From Ranitomeya imitator (Eukaryota): a stretch of DNA of 64,000 bases. Positions 50,701 to 64,000 of the stretch are shown piece after piece. The position numbers were made by a program, and so were the translations under genes. The notes below the pieces were generated by a model. That model had not been told where the DNA came from, did no database searches, and worked only from the letters and a program-made list of their open reading frames with translations. The first letter of the stretch is position 1. Each line of letters begins with the position of its first letter. The stretch is taken from the NCBI RefSeq assembly GCF_032444005.1, contig NC_091287.1, forward strand, positions 562,464,001 to 562,528,000. Reading direction: 5' to 3'.

Positions 50701-53700
50701 CCCGCACCCTCACTATAAGAGCCACCCGCACCCTCACTATAAGAGCCGCCCACACCCTCACTATAAGAGCCGCCCACAGCCTCACTATAAGAGCCGCCCA
50801 CACCCTCACTATAAGAGCCACCCACACCCTCACTATAAGAGCCACCCACACCCTCACTATAAGAGCCGCCCACAGCCTCACTATAAGAGCCACCCGCACC
50901 CTCACTATAAGAGCCCCCCGCACCCTCACTATAAGAGCCGCCAACAGCCTCACTATAAGAGCCACCCACACCGTCAATATAAGAGCCACCCACACCCTCA
51001 CTATAAGAGCCCCCCAAACCCTCACTATAAGAGCCACCCGCACCCTCACTATAAGAGCCCCCCGCACCCTAACTATAAGAGCCGCCCACAGCCTCACTAT
51101 AAGAGCCACCCACACCGTCACTATAAGAGCCACCCACACCCTCACTATAATAGCCCCCCAAACCCTCACTATAAGAGCCACCCGCACCCTCACTATAAGA
51201 GCCGCCCACAGCCTCACTATAAGAGCCACCCACACTGTCACTATAAGAGCCCCCCACACCCTCACTATAAGAGCCCCCCACACCCTCACTATAAGAGCCG
51301 CCCGCACCCTCACTATAAGAGCCACCCGCACCCTCACTATAAGAGCCGCCCGAACCCTCACTATAAGAGCCCCCCACACCCTCACTATAAGAGCCCCCGA
51401 ACCCTCACTATAAGAGCCGCCCACAGCCTCAAAATAAGAGCCACCCACACCGTCACTATAAGAGCCCCCCAAACCCTCACTATAAGAGCCACCCGCACCC
51501 TCACTATAAGCCACCCACAGCCTCACTATAAGAGCCACCCGCACCCTCACTATAAGAGCCGCCCGCACCCTCACTATAAGAGCCACCCACACCCTCACTA
51601 TAAGCCGCCCACAGCCTCACTATAAGAGCCACCCACACCCTCACTATAAGAGCCACCCGCACACTCACTATAAGAGCCCCCCGCACCCTCATAATAAGAT
51701 CCGCCCGCACCGTCACTATAAGAGCCGCCCACACCCTCACTATAAGAGCCGCCCACACCCTCACTATAAGAGCCGCCCACAGCCTCACTATAAGAGCCGC
51801 CCACACCCTCACTATAAGAGCCACCCACACCCTCACTATAAGAGCCACCCACACCCTCACTATAAGAGCCGCCCACAGCCTCACTATAAGAGCCACCCGC
51901 ACCCTCACTATAAGAGCCCCACGCACCCTCACTATAAGAGCCGCCAACAGCCTCACTATAAGAGCCACCCACACCGTCACTATAAGAGCCGCCCACAGCC
52001 TCACTATAAGAGCCACCCGCACCCTCACTATAAGAGCCACCCACACCGTCACTATAAGAGCCACCCACACCCTCACTATAAGAGCCACCCAAACCCTCAC
52101 TATAAGAGCCACCCGCACCATCACTATAAGAGCCACCCACAGCCTCACTATAAGAGCCACCCGCACCCTCACTATAAGAGCCACCCACACCCTCACTATA
52201 AGAGCCACCCACACCCTCACTATAAGAGCCGCCCACACCCTCACTATAAGAGCCGCCCACAGCCTCACTATAAGAGCCACCCACACCCTCACTATAAGAG
52301 CCACCCACACCCTCACTATAAGAGCCACCCACAACCTCACTATAAGAGCCGCCCACAGCCTCACTATAAGAGCCACCCACACCCTCACTATAAGAGCCAC
52401 ACGCACCCTCACTATAAGAGCCCCCCGCACCCTCACTATAAGAGCCGCCCACAGCCTCACTATAAGAGCCACCCACACCGTCACTATAAGAGCCACCCAC
52501 ACCCTCACTATAAGAGCCACCCACACCCTCACTATAAGAGCCGCCCACAGCCTCACTATAAGAGCCACCCGCACCCTCACTATAAGAGCCCCCCGCACCC
52601 TCACTATAAGAGCCGCCAACAGCCTCACTATAAGAGCCACCCACACCGTCAATATAAGAGCCACCCACACCCTCACTATAAGAGCCCCCCAAACCCTCAC
52701 TATAAGAGCCACCCGCACCCTCACTATAAGAGCCCCCCGCACCCTAACTATAAGAGCCGCCCACAGCCTCACTATAAGAGCCACCCACACCGTCACTATA
52801 AGAGCCACCCACACCCTCACTATAATAGCCCCCCAAACCCTCACTATAAGAGCCACCCGCACCCTCACTATAAGAGCCGCCCACAGCCTCACTATAAGAG
52901 CCACCCACACTGTCACTATAAGAGCCCCCCACACCCTCACTATAAGAGCCCCCCACACCCTCACTATAAGAGCCGCCCGCACCCTCACTATAAGAGCCAC
53001 CCGCACCCTCACTATAAGAGCCGCCCGAACCCTCACTATAAGAGCCCCCCACACCCTCACTATAAGAGCCCCCGAACCCTCACTATAAGAGCCGCCCACA
53101 GCCTCAAAATAAGAGCCACCCACACCGTCACTATAAGAGCCCCCCAAACCCTCACTATAAGAGCCACCCGCACCCTCACTATAAGCCACCCACAGCCTCA
53201 CTATAAGAGCCACCCGCACCCTCACTATAAGAGCCGCCCGCACCCTCACTATAAGAGCCACCCACACCCTCACTATAAGCCGCCCACAGCCTCACTATAA
53301 GAGCCACCCACACCCTCACTATAAGAGCCACCCGCACACTCACTATAAGAGCCCCCCGCACCCTCATAATAAGATCCGCCCGCACCGTCACTATAAGAGC
53401 CGCCCACACCCTCACTATAAGAGCCGCCCACACCCTCACTATAAGAGCCGCCCACAGCCTCACTATAAGAGCCGCCCACACCCTCACTATAAGAGCCACC
53501 CACACCCTCACTATAAGAGCCACCCACACCCTCACTATAAGAGCCGCCCACAGCCTCACTATAAGAGCCACCCGCACCCTCACTATAAGAGCCCCACGCA
53601 CCCTCACTATAAGAGCCGCCAACAGCCTCACTATAAGAGCCACCCACACCGTCACTATAAGAGCCGCCCACAGCCTCACTATAAGAGCCACCCGCACCCT

Positions 53701-56700
53701 CACTATAAGAGCCACCCACACCGTCACTATAAGAGCCACCCACACCCTCACTATAAGAGCCACCCAAACCCTCACTATAAGAGCCACCCGCACCATCACT
53801 ATAAGAGCCACCCACAGCCTCACTATAAGAGCCACCCGCACCCTCACTATAAGAGCCACCCACACCCTCACTATAAGAGCCACCCACACCCTCACTATAA
53901 GAGCCGCCCACACCCTCACTATAAGAGCCGCCCACAGCCTCACTATAAGAGCCACCCACACCCTCACTATAAGAGCCACCCACACCCTCACTATAAGAGC
54001 CACCCACAACCTCACTATAAGAGCCGCCCACAGCCTCACTATAAGAGCCACCCACACCCTCACTATAAGAGCCACACGCACCCTCACTATAAGAGCCCCC
54101 CGCACCCTCACTATAAGAGCCGCCCACAGCCTCACTATAAGAGCCACCCACACCGTCACTATAAGAGCCACCCACACCATCACTATAAGAGCCCCCCACA
54201 ACCTCACTATAAGAGCCGCCCACAGCCTCACTATAAGAGCCACCCACACCGTCACTATAAGAGCCACCCACACCCTCACTATAAGAGCCCCCCAAACCCT
54301 CACTATAAGAGCCACCCGCACCCTCACTATAAGAGCCACCCACAGCCTCACTATAAGAGCCACCCGCACCCTCACTATAAGAGCCGCCCACACCCTCACT
54401 ATAAGAGCCGCCCACAGCCTCACTATAAGAGCCGCCCACACCCTCACTATAAGAGCCACCCACACCCTCACTATAAGAGCCGCCCGCACCCTCACTATAA
54501 GAGCCCCCCACACCCTCACTATAAGAGCCCCCCACACCCTCACTATAAGAGCCGCCCGCACCCTCACTATAAGAGCCGCCCGCACCCTCACTATAAGAGC
54601 CGCCCGAACCCTCACTATAAGAGCCCCCCACACCCTCACTATAAGAGCCCCCGAACCCTCACTATAAGAGCCGCCCACAGCCTCAAAATAAGAGCCACCC
54701 ACACCGTCACTATAAGAGCCCCCCAAACCCTCACTATAAGAGCCACCCGCACCCTCACTATAAGCCACCCACAGCCTCACTATAAGAGCCACCCGCACCC
54801 TCACTATAAGAGCCGCCCGCACCCTCACTATAAGAGCCACCCACACCCTCACTATAAGCCGCCCACAGCCTCACTATAAGAGCCACCCACACCCTCACTA
54901 TAAGAGCCACCCGCACACTCACTATAAGAGCCGCCCACACCCTCACTATAAGCGCCGCCCACACCCTCACTATAAGAGCCGCCCACACCCTCACTATAAG
55001 AGCCGCCCACAGCCTCACTATAAGAGCCGCCCACACCCTCACTATAAGAGCCACCCACACCCTCACTATAAGAGCCACCCACACCCTCACTATAAGAGCC
55101 GCCCACAGCCTCACTATAAGAGCCACCCGCACCCTCACTATAAGAGCCCCACGCACCCTCACTATAAGAGCCGCCAACAGCCTCACTATAAGAGCCACCC
55201 GCACCCTCACTATAAGAGCCACCCACACCGTCACTATAAGAGCCACCCACACCCTCACTATAAGAGCCACCCAAACCCTCACTATAAGAGCCACCCGCAC
55301 CATCACTATAAGAGCCACCCACAGCCTCACTATAAGAGCCACCCGCACCCTCACTATAAGAGCCGCCCACACCCTCACTATAAGAGCCGCCCACAGCCTC
55401 ACTATAAGAGCCACCCACACCCTCACTATAAGAGCCACCCACACCCTCACTATAAGAGCCACCCACACCCTCACTATAAGAGCCGCCCACAGCCTCACTA
55501 TAAGAGCCACCCACACCCTCACTATAAGAGCCCCCCGCACCCTCACTATAAGAGCCGCCCGCACCCTCACTATAAGAGCCCCCCGCACCCTCACTATAAG
55601 AGCCCCCCGCACCCTCACTATAAGAGCCCCCCGCACCCTCACTATAAGAGCCCCCCACACCCTCACTATAAGAGCCCCCCGCACCCTCACTATAAGAGCC
55701 GCCCGCACCCTCACTATAAGAGCCGCCCGCACCCTCACTATAAGAGCCGCCCGAACCCTCACTATAAGAGCCCCCCACACCCTCACTATAAGAGCCCCCC
55801 ACACCCTCACTATAAGAGCCACCCGCACCCTCACTATAAGCCACCCACAGCCTCACTATAAGAGCCACCCGCACCCTCACTATAAGAGCCGCCCGCACCC
55901 TCACTATAAGAGCCACCCACACCCTCACTATAAGCCACCCACAGCCTCACTATAAGAGCCACCCACACCCTCACTATAAGAGCCACCCGCACACTCACTA
56001 TAAGAGCCGCCCACACCCTCACTATAAGAGCCGCCCACACCCTCACTATAAGAGCCGCCCACACCCTCACTATAAGAGCCGCCCACACCCTCACTATAAG
56101 CCGCCCACAGCCTCACTATAAGAGCCACCCACACCCTCACTATAAGAGCCACCCGCACACTCACTATAAGAGCCGCCCACACCCTCACTATAAGAGCCGC
56201 CCACACCCTCACTATAAGAGCCGCCCACACCCTCACTATAAGAGCCGCCCACAGCCTCACTATAAGAGCCGCCCACACCCTCACTATAAGAGCCACCCAC
56301 ACCCTCACTATAAGAGCCACCCGCACCCTCACTATAAGAGCCCCACGCACCCTCACTATAAGAGCCGCCAACAGCCTCACTATAAGAGCCACCCGCACCC
56401 TCACTATAAGAGCCACCCACACCGTCACTATAAGAGCCACCCACACCCTCACTATAAGAGCCACCCAAACCCTCACTATAAGAGCCACCCGCACCATCAC
56501 TATAAGAGCCACCCACAGCCTCACTATAAGAGCCACCCGCACCCTCACTATAAGAGCCGCCCACACCCTCACTATAAGAGCCGCCCACAGCCTCACTATA
56601 AGAGCCACCCACACCCTCACTATAAGAGCCACCCACACCCTCACTATAAGAGCCACCCACACCCTCACTATAAGAGCCGCCCACAGCCTCACTATAAGAG

Positions 56701-59700
56701 CCGCCCACACCCTCACTATAAGAGCCACCCGCACCCTCACTATAAGAGCCCCCCGCACCCTCACTATAAGAGCCGCCCACAGCCTCACTATAAGAGCCAC
56801 CCACACCGTCACTATAAGAGCCACCCACACCGTCACTATAAGAGCCCCCCACAACCTCACTATAAGAGCCGCCCACAGCCTCACTATAAGAGCCACCCAC
56901 ACCGTCACTATAAGAGCTACCCACACCCTCACTATAAGAGCCGCCCACACCCTCACTATAAGAGCCGCCCGCACCCTCACTATAAGAGCCCCCCGCACCC
57001 TCACTATAAGAGCCGCCCACAGCCTCACTATAAGAGCCACCCACACCGTCACTATAAGAGCCACCCACACCGTCACTATAAGAGCCACCCGCACCCTCAC
57101 TATAAGAGCCGCCCACACCCTCACTATAAGGGCCGCCCACAGCCTCACTATAAGAGCCGCCCACACCCTCACTAAAAGAGCCACCCACACCCTCACTATA
57201 AGAGCCACCCACACCCTCACTATAAGAGCCACCCACACCCTCACTATAAGAGCCACCCACACCCTCACTATAAGAGCCGCCCACAGCCTCACTATAAGAG
57301 CCGCCCACACCCTCACTATAAGAGCCGCCCGCACCCTCACTATAAGAGCCCCCCGCACCCTCACTATAAGAGCCGCCCACAGCCTCACTATAAGAGCCAC
57401 CCACACCGTCACTATAAGAGCCACCCACACCGTCACTATAAGAGCCCCCCACAACCTCACTATAAGAGCCGCCCACAGCCTCACTATAAGAGCCACCCAC
57501 ACCGTCACTATAAGAGCCACCCACACCCTCACTATAAGAGCCGCCCACACCCTCACTATAAGAGCCGCCCGCACCCTCACTATAAGAGCCCCCCGCACCC
57601 TCACTATAAGAGCCGCCCACAGCCTCACTATAAAAGCCACCCACACCGTCACTATAAGAGCCACCCACACCGTCACTATAAGAGCCACCCGCACCCTCAC
57701 TATAAGAGCCGCCCACACCCTCACTATAAGGGCCGCCCACAGCCTCACTATAAGAGCCGCCCACACCCTCACTATAAGAGCCGCCCACACCCTCACTATA
57801 AGAGCCACCCACACCCTCACTATAAGAGCCACCCACACCCTCACTATGAGAGCCGCCCACAGCCTCACTATAAGAGCCACCCGCACCCTCACTATAAGAG
57901 CCCCCCGCACCCTCACTATAAGAGCCGCCAACAGCCTCACTATAAGAGCCACCCACACCGTCACTATAAGAGCCCCCAAACCCTCACTATAAGAGCCACC
58001 CGCACCCTCACTATAAGAGCCCCCCGCACCCTAACTATAAGAGCCGCCCACAGCCTCACTATAAGAGCCACCCACACCGTCACTATAAGAGCCACCCACA
58101 CCCTCACTATAATAGCCCCCCAAACCCTCACTATAAGAGCCACCCGCACCCTCACTATAAGAGCCGCCCACAGCCTCACTATAAGAGCCACCCACACCGT
58201 CACTATAAGAGCCCCCCACACCCTCACTATAAGAGCCGCCCGCACCCTCACTATAAGAGCCGCCCGCACCCTCACTATAAGAGCCACCCGCACCCTCACT
58301 ATAAGAGCCGCCCGAACCCTCACTATAAGAGCCCCCCACACCCTCACTATAAGAGCCCCCGAACCCTCACTATAAGAGCCGCCCACAGCCTCAAAATAAG
58401 AGCCACCCACACCGTCACTATAAGAGCCGCCCACAGCCTCACTATAAGAGCCACCCACACCCTCACTATAAGAGCCACCCGCACACTCACTATAAGAGCC
58501 CCCCGCACCCTCATAATAAGATCCGCCCGCACCGTCACTATAAGAGCCGCCCACACCCTCACTATAAGAGCCGCCCACACCCTCACTATAAGAGCCGCCC
58601 ACAGCCTCACTATAAGAGCCGCCCACACCCTCACTATAAGAGCCACCCACACCCTCACTATAAGAGCCACCCACACCCTCACTATAAGAGCCGCCCACAG
58701 CCTCACTATAAGAGCCACCCGCACCCTCACTATAAGAGCCCCACGCACCCTCACTATAAGAGCCGCCAACAGCCTCACTATAAGAGCCACCCACACCGTC
58801 ACTATAAGAGCCGCCCACAGCCTCACTATAAGAGCCACTCGCACCCTCACTATAAGAGCCACCCACACCGTCACTATAAGAGCCACCCACACCCTCACTA
58901 TAAGAGCCACCCAAACCCTCACTATAAGAGCCACCCGCACCATCACTATAAGAGCCACCCACAGCCTCACTATAAGAGCCACCCGCACCCTCACTATAAG
59001 AGCCACCCACACCCTCACTATAAGAGCCACCCACACCCTCACTATAAGAGCCGCCCACACCCTCACTATAAGAGCCGCCCACAGCCTCACTATAAGAGCC
59101 ACCCACACCCTCACTATAAGAGCCACCCGCACCCTCACTATAAGAGCCCCCCGCACCCTCACTATAAGAGCCGCCCACAGCCTCACTATAAGAGCCACCC
59201 ACACCGTCACTATAAGAGCCACCCACACCGTCACTATAAGAGCCCCCCACAACCTCACTATAAGAGCCGCCCACAGCCTCACTATAAGAGCCACCCACAC
59301 CGTCACTATAAGAGCCACCCACACCCTCACTATAAGAGCCGCCCACACCCTCACTATAAGAGCCGCCCGCACCCTCACTATAAGAGCCCCCGCACCCTCA
59401 CTATAAGAGCCGCCCACAGCCTCACTATAAGAGCCACCCACACCGTCACTATAAGAGCCACCCACACCGTCACTATAAGAGCCACCCGCACCCTCACTAT
59501 AAGAGCCGCCCACACCCTCACTATAAGAGCCGCCCACACCCTCACTATAAGAGCCGCCCACAGCCTCACTATAAGAGCCGCCCACACCCTCACTATTAGA
59601 GCCACCCACACCCTCACTATAAGAGCCACCCACACCCTCACTATAAGAGCCGCCCACAGCCTCACTATAAGAGCCACCCGCACCCTCACTATAAGAGCCC

Positions 59701-62700
59701 CCCGCACCCTCACTATAAGAGCCGCCAACAGCCTCACTATAAGAGCCACCCACACCGTCAATATAAGAGCCACCCACACCCTCACTATAAGAGCCCCCCA
59801 AACCCTCACTATAAGAGCCACCCGCACCCTCACTATAAGAGCCCCCCGCACCCTAACTATAAGAGCCGCCCACAGCCTCACTATAAGAGCCACCCACACC
59901 GTCACTATAAGAGCCACCCACACCCTCACTATAATAGCCCCCCAAACCCTCACTATAAGAGCCACCCGCACCCTCACTATAAGAGCCGCCCACAGCCTCA
60001 CTATAAGAGCCACCCACACTGTCACTATAAGAGCCCCCCACACCCTCACTATAAGAGCCCCCCACACCCTCACTATAAGAGCCGCCCGCACCCTCACTAT
60101 AAGAGCCACCCGCACCCTCACTATAAGAGCCGCCCGAACCCTCACTATAAGAGCCCCCCACACCCTCACTATAAGAGCCCCCGAACCCTCACTATAAGAG
60201 CCGCCCACAGCCTCAAAATAAGAGCCACCCACACCGTCACTATAAGAGCCCCCCAAACCCTCACTATAAGAGCCACCCGCACCCTCACTATAAGCAACCC
60301 ACAGCCTCACTATAAGAGCCACCCGCACCCTCACTATAAGAGCCGCCCGCACCCTCACTATAAGAGCCACCCACACCCTCACTATAAGCCGCCCACAGCC
60401 TCACTATAAGAGCCACCCACACCCTCACTATAAGAGCCACCCGCACACTCACTATAAGAGCCCCCCGCACCCTCATAATAAGATCCGCCCGCACCGTCAC
60501 TATAAGAGCCGCCCACACCCTCACTATAAGAGCCGCCCACACCCTCACTATAAGAGCCGCCCACAGCCTCACTATAAGAGCCGCCCACACCCTCACTATA
60601 AGAGCCACCCACACCCTCACTATAAGAGCCACCCACACCCTCACTATAAGAGCCGCCCACAGCCTCACTATAAGAGCCACCCGCACCCTCACTATAAGAG
60701 CCACCCACACCCTCACTATAAGAGCCACCCACACCCTCACTATAAGAGCCGCCCACACCCTCACTATAAGAGCCGCCCACAGCCTCACTATAAGAGCCAC
60801 CCACACCCTCACTATAAGAGCCACCCACACCCTCACTATAAGAGCCACCCACACCCTCACTATAAGAGCCGCCCACAGCCTCACTATAAGAGCCACCCAC
60901 ACCCTCACTATAAGAGCCACACGCACCCTCACTATAAGAGCCCCCCGCACCCTCACTATAAGAGCCGCCCACAGCCTCACTATAAGAGCCACCCACACCG
61001 TCACTATAAGAGCCACCCACACCATCACTATAAGAGCCCCCCACAACCTCACTATAAGAGCCGCCCACAGCCTCACTATAAGAGCCACCCACACCGTCAC
61101 TATAAGAGCCACCCACACCCTCACTTTAATAGCCCCCCAAACCCTCACTATAAGAGCCACCCGCACCCTCACTATAAGAGCCGCCCACAGCCTCACTATA
61201 AGAGCCACCCACACTGTCACTATAAGAGCCCCCCACACCCTCACTATAAGAGCCCCCCACACCCTCACTATAAGAGCCGCCCGCACCCTCACTATAAGAG
61301 CCACCCGCACCCTCACTATAAGAGCCGCCCGAACCCTCACTATAAGAGCCCCCCACACCCTCACTATAAGAGCCCCCGAACCCTCACTATAAGAGCCGCC
61401 CACAGCCTCAAAATAAGAGCCACCCACACCGTCACTATAAGAGCCCCCCAAACCCTCACTATAAGAGCCACCCGCACCCTCACTATAAGCAACCCACAGC
61501 CTCACTATAAGAGCCACCCGCACCCTCACTATAAGAGCCGCCCGCACCCTCACTATAAGAGCCACCCACACCCTCACTATAAGCCGCCCACAGCCTCACT
61601 ATAAGAGCCACCCACACCCTCACTATAAGAGCCACCCGCACACTCACTATAAGAGCCCCCCGCACCCTCATAATAAGATCCGCCCGCACCGTCACTATAA
61701 GAGCCGCCCACACCCTCACTATAAGAGCCGCCCACACCCTCACTATAAGAGCCGCCCACAGCCTCACTATAAGAGCCGCCCACACCCTCACTATAAGAGC
61801 CACCCACACCCTCACTATAAGAGCCACCCACACCCTCACTATAAGAGCCGCCCACAGCCTCACTATAAGAGCCACCCGCACCCTCACTATAAGAGCCACC
61901 CACACCCTCACTATAAGAGCCACCCACACCCTCACTATAAGAGCCGCCCACACCCTCACTATAAGAGCCGCCCACAGCCTCACTATAAGAGCCACCCACA
62001 CCCTCACTATAAGAGCCACCCACACCCTCACTATAAGAGCCACCCACACCCTCACTATAAGAGCCGCCCACAGCCTCACTATAAGAGCCACCCACACCCT
62101 CACTATAAGAGCCACACGCACCCTCACTATAAGAGCCCCCCGCACCCTCACTATAAGAGCCGCCCACAGCCTCACTATAAGAGCCACCCACACCGTCACT
62201 ATAAGAGCCACCCACACCATCACTATAAGAGCCCCCCACAACCTCACTATAAGAGCCGCCCACAGCCTCACTATAAGAGCCACCCACACCGTCACTATAA
62301 GAGCCACCCACACCCTCACTATAAGAGCCCCCCAAACCCTCACTATAAGAGCCACCCGCACCCTCACTATAAGAGCCACCCACAGCCTCACTATAAGAGC
62401 CACCCGCACCCTCACTATAAGAGCCGCCCACACCCTCACTATAAGAGCCGCCCACAGCCTCACTATAAGAGCCGCCCACACCCTCACTATAAGAGCCACC
62501 CACACCCTCACTATAAGAGCCGCCCGCACCCTCACTATAAGAGCCCCCCACACCCTCACTATAAGAGCCCCCCACACCCTCACTATAAGAGCCGCCCGCA
62601 CCATCACTATAAGAGCCGCCCGCACCCTCACTATAAGAGCCGCCCGAACCCTCACTATAAGAGCCCCCCACACCCTCACTATAAGAGCCCCCGAACCCTC

Positions 62701-64000
62701 ACTATAAGAGCCGCCCACAGCCTCAAAATAAGAGCCACCCACACCGTCACTATAAGAGCCCCCCAAACCCTCACTATAAGAGCCACCCGCACCCTCACTA
62801 TAAGCCACCCACAGCCTCACTATAAGAGCCACCCGCACCCTCACTATAAGAGCCGCCCGCACCCTCACTATAAGAGCCACCCACACCCTCACTATTAGCC
62901 GCCCACAGCCTCACTATAAGAGCCACCCACACCCTCACTATAAGAGCCACCCGCACACTCACTATAAGAGCCGCCCACACCCTCACTATAAGAGCCGCCC
63001 ACACCCTCACTATAAGAGCCGCCCACACCCTCACTATAAGAGCCGCCCACAGCCTCACTATAAGAGCCGCCCACACCCTCACTATAAGAGCCACCCACAC
63101 CCTCACTATAAGAGCCACCCACACCCTCACTATAAGAGCCGCCCACAGCCTCACTATAAGAGCCACCCGCACCCTCACTATAAGAGCCCCACGCACCCTC
63201 ACTATAAGAGCCGCCAACAGCCTCACTATAAGAGCCACCCGCACCCTCACTATAAGAGCCACCCACACCGTCACTATAAGAGCCACCCACACCCTCACTA
63301 TAAGAGCCACCCAAACCCTCACTATAAGAGCCACCCGCACCATCACTATAAGAGCCACCCACAGCCTCACTATAAGAGCCACCCGCACCCTCACTATAAG
63401 AGCCGCCCACACCCTCACTATAAGAGCCGCCCACAGCCTCACTATAAGAGCCACCCACACCCTCACTATAAGAGCCACCCACACCCTCACTATAAGAGCC
63501 ACCCACACCCTCACTATAAGAGCCGTCCACAGCCTCACTATAAGAGCCACCCACACCCTCACTATAAGAGCCCCCCGCACCCTCACTATAAGAGCCGCCC
63601 GCACCCTCACTATAAGAGCCCCCCGCACCCTCACTATAAGAGCCCCCCGCACCCTCACTATAAGAGCCCCCCGCACCCTCACTATAAGAGCCCCCCACAC
63701 CCTCACTATAAGAGCCCCCCGCACCCTCACTATAAGAGCCGCCCGCACCCTCACTATAAGAGCCGCCCGAACCCTCACTATAAGAGCCCCCCACACCCTC
63801 ACTATAAGAGCCCCCCACACCCTCACTATAAGAGCCACCCGCACCCTCACTATAAGCCACCCACAGCCTCACTATAAGAGCCACCCGCACCCTCACTATA
63901 AGAGCCGCCCGCACCCTCACTATAAGAGCCACCCACACCCTCACTATAAGAGCCACCCGCACACTCACTATAAGAGCCGCCCACACCCTCACTATAAGAG
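26711..64000 (+). repeat. 24-bp H2B 3'-signal satellite, distal part (more than 37 kb, about 1550 units, runs off the window) with higher-order repeats
   Basis: Continuous TAAGAGCC(A/G/C)CC(C/A)(A/G)CA..CTCACTA units with 22-bp (AG-deleted) and 23-bp variants. Rare markers recur at fixed offsets, e.g. TAAAAGAG at 27759, 30055 and 32351 (2296 bp). Confidence 0.99.

Noticed and set aside
26694-63992. Dozens of long minus-strand ORFs (GGSYSEGV and VWVALIVR repeats)
   Set aside because: They are stop-free frames of a 24-bp unit, broken arbitrarily by 22/23-bp variants, with no non-repetitive domain, promoter or splice context.
17901-64000. CRISPR-like repeat-spacer array (constant core plus variable part)
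   Set aside because: Vertebrate context, no unique spacers (only a few point variants of one 10-bp segment) and no cas genes.
26711-64000. TATAAGAG in every unit as a tandem TATA-box array
   Set aside because: It mismatches TATAWAWR at position 6 and has no accompanying promoter elements; it is fully explained by HDE ancestry.

Overview
Vertebrate genomic DNA, most likely an anuran amphibian (inferred from the histone H1 type and repeat families), containing part of a replication-dependent histone cluster. All histone genes are on the + strand: H1 (143-790), a near-identical second H1 (10970-11617), H4 (14766-15077) and H2B (17483-~17863, mostly under a 280-N run). No H2A or H3 is visible. 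About 70% of the window is tandem repeat. The main observation is that two unrelated satellites each begin inside a histone 3' stem-loop, and their units are built from the 3' processing signal itself (3' stem arm, cleavage tail, spacer, U7-binding HDE). One is a 33-36 bp minisatellite after each H1. The other is a 24-bp satellite of at least 38 kb after H2B with multi-kb higher-order structure. An orphan histone stem-loop at 16602 shows the same duplication at the two-copy stage, and H4 shows no expansion. An apparently intact 7975-bp PIF/Harbinger transposon (spliced DDE transposase, five-exon MADF gene, 45-bp TIRs, TAA TSD) sits inside the H2B satellite and carries a nested fold-back MITE. 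A decayed BRAT1 terminal exon lies between the two H1 copies. Nearly all long ORFs in the supplied track are artefacts of the repeats.
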